Below are positions 58,710 to 64,000 of a stretch of DNA of 64,000 nt, one piece after another (position 1 is the first letter of the stretch; every line of letters begins with the position of its first letter). The stretch comes from a virus. Location: the IMG/VR virus record IMGVR_UViG_3300015371_000009, positions 1 to 64,000 of that record; one strand, given 5' to 3'. Both the position numbers and the translations under genes were made by a program. Below the pieces are notes generated by a model, which saw only the letters and a program-made list of their open reading frames with translations, was not told where the DNA came from and ran no database searches.

Positions 58710-59333
58710 ATGGCCGACATAATTATCAAGATACTCACGCCAGCAACTCAGTTCGATTTGCTGACGCTGCAGGAAGCCAAGCTGGCGCTGGGCATCACCG
58801 ACAATCTGTCGGACGCGCAGCTGCAGCAAAGCATCACGGTCTATTCCGACGTCGTGTCGGAGTTGACCAACCGTGTCTTCGCCAAGGAGCGCGTGCGCGA
58901 AACGTGGCGCTGCCTCGGCAGCCGGCGATTGTTTCTGTCGCACTGGCCGATCGTGGAAACCGACATCGAAAAAGTCGAGTGCCCGCGCGGCACGCTGATG
59001 GACCCGGCGACCTACGAAATCGAGGAGCGCAGCGGCAAGATCGAGCTGTTCGGCCCGCAGCCAGAGCCGATCGAAATCACTTACACCGGCGGCGTCACGC
59101 TGCCCGATAAGGCGCCGCCGGCGCTCAAGCAAGCCACGCTCTTGCTGATCCGCGAAGACCGCGCCACGGCGCAGCGGCAAGCGACCAGCGGCATTCGCTC
59201 GCTATCGCACAAGGAAGCCAGGGTCATGTTCTTTGATCCGGCGCAACAGCTGCGGGCGCAGGGCGGCGGCGGCAACCAGACCATGAACGCCGTCAGCGCG
59301 CTGCTGTCCCATTACACGCGGCTCGAGGTCTGA
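58710..59333 (+). CDS. head-tail connector
   Basis: LLTLQEAKLALG...ITYTGG...PPALKQA. Confidence 0.8.
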   Translation: MADIIIKILTPATQFDLLTLQEAKLALGITDNLSDAQLQQSITVYSDVVSELTNRVFAKERVRETWRCLGSRRLFLSHWPIVETDIEKVECPRGTLMDPATYEIEERSGKIELFGPQPEPIEITYTGGVTLPDKAPPALKQATLLLIREDRATAQRQATSGIRSLSHKEARVMFFDPAQQLRAQGGGGNQTMNAVSALLSHYTRLEV

Positions 59334-59334
59334 C

Positions 59335-59718
59335 GTGCTCACGTTCGAGGTCGACACCGACAAGGCGCGGGAGAAGGTCCAGGCGCTGACCGAAAACGTC
59401 GAAGGCCTGAAGGGCCTCAACGGCAAAATGTTCGAGGAGTTCGTCGCGTGGCAGGAAGACGATATGCGGCGCAAGTACGCCAATCTGGTGCCGCAGGGCG
59501 ATGACGCCGGCTACACGCTGATTTGGCCACGCTCGCGATTGTCGACGGAGCGGCGCAAGCGCCGCAGCAGCCGCACGCTGGTGCGACCGCGGACCGAAGG
59601 CCCGCACGTTGGCGCCGGCCGCCCGCATTCAATGCGGCCGATCCTGCGGCCAGAGCTGTTCGAAAAGCTGCAACAGCGAATGTCCGAAATGCTCAAGAAG
59701 GTCGTGCCATGGGCGTGA
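59335..59718 (+). CDS. neck-region protein
   Basis: Position; RPIL motif. Confidence 0.55.
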   Translation: MLTFEVDTDKAREKVQALTENVEGLKGLNGKMFEEFVAWQEDDMRRKYANLVPQGDDAGYTLIWPRSRLSTERRKRRSSRTLVRPRTEGPHVGAGRPHSMRPILRPELFEKLQQRMSEMLKKVVPWA

Positions 59719-60068
59719 ATTTTGCAACGCTGCTGTACGAGCCTCAGTTTGACATGTTCGCGGTGTCGGTGGTGTTCAATCCGCTGGTGAGCCAGCCGGG
59801 GCAGCCGACCTACAACGGCCGCGGAATTTTCGACACGACCGAACTTGACGTCGTGGCGTTGGACGGCTCGATCGTGTCCGACCAGAAAACAATTCTCGAC
59901 ATCCTGGAAAAAGAATTCACCGTGCTGCCGCTGCAGGGCGATCACGTCAACATTCCGGCCGACTGCAACGGCGTGCCGAAGGGCGACTACGAAATCATCA
60001 GCGCCTCGACCAACGGCGGCGGCGAAACCACGTTGACGCTGCGCGAGCTGGTGACGGCGAAGCCGTGA
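59709..60068 (+). CDS. head-tail joining protein
   Basis: RGIFD...PLQGDHV...GGGETTLTL. Confidence 0.7.
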   Translation: MGVNFATLLYEPQFDMFAVSVVFNPLVSQPGQPTYNGRGIFDTTELDVVALDGSIVSDQKTILDILEKEFTVLPLQGDHVNIPADCNGVPKGDYEIISASTNGGGETTLTLRELVTAKP

Positions 60069-60069
60069 C

Positions 60070-60726
60070 ATGGGCATCACCGACACGCAAAGCTATTCGC
60101 AAGTTTTGCGCGATGTGTTCTTCGCGCGGTTGGTGACGCTGCCGTTCTTTGCCGGCTTCAAGGCGCGCCGCAGCAAAATGCTGCAGATCATGCGCGAAAC
60201 CATTCCCTATCTCGGCGTCTATATCGTCGACGAAGGCATGGCGCCCGACGGCGACGGCAACGCCGGCCATATCAAATTCGTGCACACGCTGCGGCTCGGC
60301 TTCTCGGTCATCATCCACAACAACGATGCCGTCGCCGCCGAACTGAAATTGGACGAAGCGTTTTGGGCGATCATGAACGGCCTGTGGCGCGACCCGTACA
60401 TCACCAACATGCTGGACACCTGGAATCCCGCCACCGCCAGCGGCACGCCGGATAACACGCGGTTCGAAGCCGTCGTGCGCGGCAATCGCAAGCACGTGTG
60501 GGGTTCGGCCGGGCTCAACAACGAGCTGCCTTACGGCGAGCTGCAGTACGAAGCATCGGTCACCTACCGCTCAGAGTTCGCGCCGGTCATCACCGATGAC
60601 TTGCTGCATATCCACGTCGAAACCGTGCCGCTTGCCAAGGACGGCACCGTCCCTGCCGCTGATGTCGTGCAGCGCATCATCAGTGAATACGAATTTACCC
60701 CCGCGCAGCAAGGAGAAGGACAATGA
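60070..60726 (+). CDS. putative tail completion protein
   Basis: Position before the sheath gene. Confidence 0.55.
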   Translation: MGITDTQSYSQVLRDVFFARLVTLPFFAGFKARRSKMLQIMRETIPYLGVYIVDEGMAPDGDGNAGHIKFVHTLRLGFSVIIHNNDAVAAELKLDEAFWAIMNGLWRDPYITNMLDTWNPATASGTPDNTRFEAVVRGNRKHVWGSAGLNNELPYGELQYEASVTYRSEFAPVITDDLLHIHVETVPLAKDGTVPAADVVQRIISEYEFTPAQQGEGQ

Positions 60727-61025
60727 CTGATCAAACAACCGCTCCTAGCGAGCGGAAAAAGCAGCTCGACGCCCGGCGCAAGCTGATCGCCGATCGGATG
60801 CCGAAGGTTGAGCGCGTGCGTGTCACGCCCGCGACCGATGACATTCGCAGAGTGCTGACGCATCCCAGCAACGGCACAAAATTCCCGGAAAGCGGCTCGG
60901 TCGAATGGCCGCTCGACAATTTCACGAAGCGCCGCCTGCGCGACGGCAGCGTGGTCCGTGAGCAAGCCCAACCGCAGCCAGCCCGCGAGCAACCGCGCAA
61001 GCCGGCACCGGCGCGCAGCGAGTAA
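60723..61025 (+). CDS. small pre-sheath protein (DUF2635-like)
   Basis: HP...FTKRRLRDGSV. Confidence 0.65.
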   Translation: MTDQTTAPSERKKQLDARRKLIADRMPKVERVRVTPATDDIRRVLTHPSNGTKFPESGSVEWPLDNFTKRRLRDGSVVREQAQPQPAREQPRKPAPARSE

Positions 61026-61058
61026 TTCCGAAACAATCCGAACAGCGGAGACACAATC

Positions 61059-62630
61059 ATGCCTATCTCGTTTTCTCAGATTCCCGCCAACATCAAGGTC
61101 CCGCTTTATTGGGTGGAAGTAGACCCATCGAAGGCGGGACTGCCAGTGATCAAGCTGCCGGCGCTACTGGTCGGCACCATGATCGACGCTGGCGATGCCA
61201 CGCCCGACGTGCCGATTGCGATCGGCAGTCAGGCGCAAGCCGATGCACATTTCGGCCAAGGCTCCGAACTGTCGCGCATGTTCAAAGCGTTTTTTGCCAA
61301 CAACTTCGCAAATGAAGTGTGGGGCTTGGGCGTCGCCGAACCCGGCGCGGCTGTGGCTGGTTCCGGCACCATCACGATCACGACGGCGCAGACCGAAGCC
61401 GGCACCGTGCATCTCTACATCGGCGGCGAGCACGTGCCGGTGAATGTCGGCGCAACCGACACTACCGACCAGGTTGCCACCGCCATTGCGGCAGCGATCA
61501 ACAGCAACATGTCGCTGCCGGTGACGGCCGCGGCGACCACCAACGCGGTGACGCTGACCGCTGCGTGGAAGGGCGTCGGCGGTAACGAAATCCGCGTCGA
61601 CCTCAACTACTACGGCAGCATCGGCGGCGAGCGCTTGCCGCCCGGCATGGTGATCACTCTCCCGGCCACCGGCTTCCTGACTGGCGGCACCGGCGTTCCG
61701 GTGTTCGACACCGCCATCAGCAACCTGGGCGAACACGAGTTCGAATACGTGGCAATGCCATTCACCGACTCGACCTCGCTGTTTGACTGGGAGCAGGAAT
61801 ACGGCTTCAGCGATACCGGCCGCTGGGGCTGGCAGCGCCAGCATTTTGGCCACGTGTTCTCGGCCAAGCGCGGGCTCTACAGCGACTTGCTCACGTTCGG
61901 TCAGACCCGCAACAGCGGCGTGATGTCGATCCTCGGGTTCGAGGTGGCAAGCCCGTCGCCAGCGTTCGAGTGGGCCGCGGCCTACACGGCGAAGGCACAA
62001 CGGGCCTTGATCAATGATCCGGCGCGACCGCTGCAGACGCTGTCGCTCAATCAGATCAAGCTCGCACCGCTCGACCAGCGTTTCAATTTCATCGAATTGA
62101 ATTCGCTGGCGCTCAGCGGCATCGCCATCCAAAAGGCCGGCTCGGACAATCAGCCGATGCTCGCTCGAGAGCAGACGACATATCAGCTGAACTTGTACGG
62201 GCAGCCGGATGACGCCTACGAGCTGGTCACCACGCTGGCGACGCTGGCCAAGGTGCTGCGCAATCAGCGCCAAGCCATCACGTCGAAATTCCCGCGCCAC
62301 AAACTGGCCAACGACGGCACGCGGTTCGGTCCCGGTCAGGCGATCGTCACGCCCGGCATCGCCAAGGCCGAACTGATCGCCCAGTACCGGATGGACGAAT
62401 ATAACGGCCTTGTCGAGGACACGCGCAACTTCAAAAAGAACTTGCTGGTCGAGCGTGATCCCAACGACCCGAACCGGCTGAACGTGCTCTATCCGCCAGA
62501 CCTGATCAACCAGCTCCGCATCTTCGCGGTGCTGGCGCAATTCCGTCTGCAGTACGACCGCGGCATCGACACCGAAATCGCGGCCGGTGCCAACCTCGGC
62601 GTGACCGGACGGTTGCCGCTCACGGCGTAA
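61059..62630 (+). CDS. Mu-like tail sheath protein
   Basis: ISFSQIPANIKVPL, FGQGSEL, DPARPLQTL, PPDLINQLRIFA. Confidence 0.93.
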   Translation: MPISFSQIPANIKVPLYWVEVDPSKAGLPVIKLPALLVGTMIDAGDATPDVPIAIGSQAQADAHFGQGSELSRMFKAFFANNFANEVWGLGVAEPGAAVAGSGTITITTAQTEAGTVHLYIGGEHVPVNVGATDTTDQVATAIAAAINSNMSLPVTAAATTNAVTLTAAWKGVGGNEIRVDLNYYGSIGGERLPPGMVITLPATGFLTGGTGVPVFDTAISNLGEHEFEYVAMPFTDSTSLFDWEQEYGFSDTGRWGWQRQHFGHVFSAKRGLYSDLLTFGQTRNSGVMSILGFEVASPSPAFEWAAAYTAKAQRALINDPARPLQTLSLNQIKLAPLDQRFNFIELNSLALSGIAIQKAGSDNQPMLAREQTTYQLNLYGQPDDAYELVTTLATLAKVLRNQRQAITSKFPRHKLANDGTRFGPGQAIVTPGIAKAELIAQYRMDEYNGLVEDTRNFKKNLLVERDPNDPNRLNVLYPPDLINQLRIFAVLAQFRLQYDRGIDTEIAAGANLGVTGRLPLTA

Positions 62631-62753
62631 ATGAAAAGCGGGACCGGCCGGGCAGAGCTGGTTTGGGTGACACGAATCTTTCGGCCCGACCGGTCCCTGT
62701 GGTGCCTCACGGCAGCACACTGAAATCCTAATCCCCAAAAACAGGAGAAGACA

Positions 62754-63119
62754 ATGGCTCAGCGGTTTGCTGGCATCGCATACATCATGGTCGACGGCAC
62801 TCAGTGGCCGCTCCGCGGCAACTTCACAGTGTCGCCAAGCGCGGTCGAGCGCACGATGATCGCAGGACAAGACGGCGTGCACGGCTATCAGGAATTGCCG
62901 CGCGTCCCGTATATCGAGGGAGACATCTCCACGACACCGGAAGTCAGCCTTGAGGACCTCGAGGCGCAAACCGATGTCACGGTCGTGGCACAGCTCGCGA
63001 ATGGCATGCAGTACACGCTGGCCGGCGCGACGTGCAAAGCCGCACTGGAAGCAAACACCCGCGACGGCCAAGCCCGCGTTCGCTGGGAGGGCATCTGGTG
63101 CGAAGAACTCGCGCTCTGA
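62754..63119 (+). CDS. Mu-like tail tube protein
   Basis: RFAGIAYIMVDG...GQDGVHGYQE.P. Confidence 0.88.
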   Translation: MAQRFAGIAYIMVDGTQWPLRGNFTVSPSAVERTMIAGQDGVHGYQELPRVPYIEGDISTTPEVSLEDLEAQTDVTVVAQLANGMQYTLAGATCKAALEANTRDGQARVRWEGIWCEELAL

Positions 63120-63127
63120 GGTAGCCA

Positions 63128-63547
63128 ATGAACAAGCCGCAAAAACGAGAAGGCTTCATCACGGATGAGCCGCCAGAAAAGCCGCGGACAGTGCCGCAGC
63201 AAATCGACGCGCGCCCAATCGAGGAACCAGCCGCACCAGAGCCGCCGCAGGAGACTTGGCCGGTCAAGGTCAAGCTTCTGCATCGGCCAATCAAAAACAA
63301 TATCGGCGAGGAAGTGCGCGAGCTGATTTTCCGCGAGCCAACCGGCGGCGACATCAACCGCCATGGCAATCCAGTGCGGATCGATCAGTACGGCGAAGTG
63401 CTCATTGATGAGCGCAAGATGACGCTGATCATGGGGGCACTCAGCGGGATTCTGTCGCCGCTGCTCGAGCGGATGGACCCGCGCGATTGGAATTCCTGCG
63501 CTTATCGGTTGCGCAGTTTTTTTCTGCCCGATCCAGCGGCATGGTAG
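63128..63547 (+). CDS. tail assembly chaperone
   Basis: L..PI...LIFREPTGGD...MDPRDW. Confidence 0.8.
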   Translation: MNKPQKREGFITDEPPEKPRTVPQQIDARPIEEPAAPEPPQETWPVKVKLLHRPIKNNIGEEVRELIFREPTGGDINRHGNPVRIDQYGEVLIDERKMTLIMGALSGILSPLLERMDPRDWNSCAYRLRSFFLPDPAAW

Positions 63548-63717
63548 GCGACGAAAGCAATATCATTCTCGACTGCTACCGACTGGCGCGCTGGTATCAC
63601 CAATCCCCCGAAGTGTTCCTGGCCATGCCGCTGGGCGAGGTGCGCATTCACCTGGAGCGCACGATCGAGTTGGCGCGTCTGATGGATCGGGAAACGAGTA
63701 GCAGCGACGATGGCTGA
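63517..63717 (+). CDS. probable -1 frameshift extension of the tail chaperone
   Basis: T7 run at 63517-63523; the -1 frame stays open with LARWYHQSP...MPL. Confidence 0.6.
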   Translation, partial: FFSARSSGMVGDESNIILDCYRLARWYHQSPEVFLAMPLGEVRIHLERTIELARLMDRETSSSDDG

Positions 63718-64000
63718 GTTCGAAGAACTTAAACTTGTCGTTAGCCTGTCCGACAACGCAACGGCCGGGCTGAAAGCACTGAACGCAGAGCTGGAGCGGC
63801 TCGGCGGCATTTCGCAGAAAAACACCACGCAGCTGGCGCAAGCGACGCGTGGCGTATCGCAAATGGGCGCTGCCTCGCGCACGGCAGCGCGCGAAATGAG
63901 GGAGTTGGAGCAACGGTTCGAAGGCCTTGGCAAGGGCATCGGCCAACTGGTCCTGCAGACCGGTTTGTTCACGTCAACGCCAGTGGCCAGCGCGCTGGGC
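63710..64000 (+). CDS. tape measure protein, N-terminus (truncated by window)
   Basis: MAEFEELKLVVSLSDNATAGL; position after the chaperones. Confidence 0.75.
   Translation, partial: MAEFEELKLVVSLSDNATAGLKALNAELERLGGISQKNTTQLAQATRGVSQMGAASRTAAREMRELEQRFEGLGKGIGQLVLQTGLFTSTPVASALG

Noticed and set aside
53744-63128. Long antisense ORFs (53744-55396, 56345-57358, 61164-63128; also 13263-14549, 16577-18037, 26217-27668)
   Set aside because: Shadow frames of well-supported genes in high-GC DNA.
1-64000. Lysis cassette, cas1/cas2 adaptation genes, reverse transcriptase
   Set aside because: No recognisable motifs in this window; they may lie outside it.

Overview
The window is about 64 kb of a GC-rich temperate phage with a contractile (Mu-like) tail and an HK97-type head. 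The host is probably an alphaproteobacterium, inferred from CTTGAC-N17-CTATAT-type promoters, a GapR-like gene and a VPxxxP-CTERM gene. An intact attP (3' half of a tRNA-Arg with arm repeats on both sides) beside a tyrosine integrase indicates the unintegrated form. Layout: many small accessory ORFs (1-12 kb); integration (12-15 kb); a leftward recombination operon (YqaJ to RecT, 19-23.6 kb); a rightward replication block (methylase, RuvC-like, primase-helicase, iterons, NusG-like); HNH and terminase; a cargo region of about 15 kb; then protease-capsid fusion, portal, neck and tail genes, running off the window in the tape measure gene. The standout feature is at 21116-22657. A stand-alone Cas7/RAMP-like gene is immediately followed by a non-coding array of 10 units. 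Each unit is a run of (GGY-NN) pentamers with variable dinucleotides (13-18 per unit; the first has only 6), separated by conserved A/T-rich linkers. Gene and array are inserted, together with a ParB-like gene, between YqaJ and RecT. This looks like a non-CRISPR RNA-guided system with a gapped code. Other notable items: a shared operator in six promoters, three putative capsid-packaged effector genes (GNAT, zincin and RelA/SpoT-like domains) with a nearby HD hydrolase, and a moron flanked by a synonymously recoded copy of the terL 3' end. All calls are by eye; no database searches were run.
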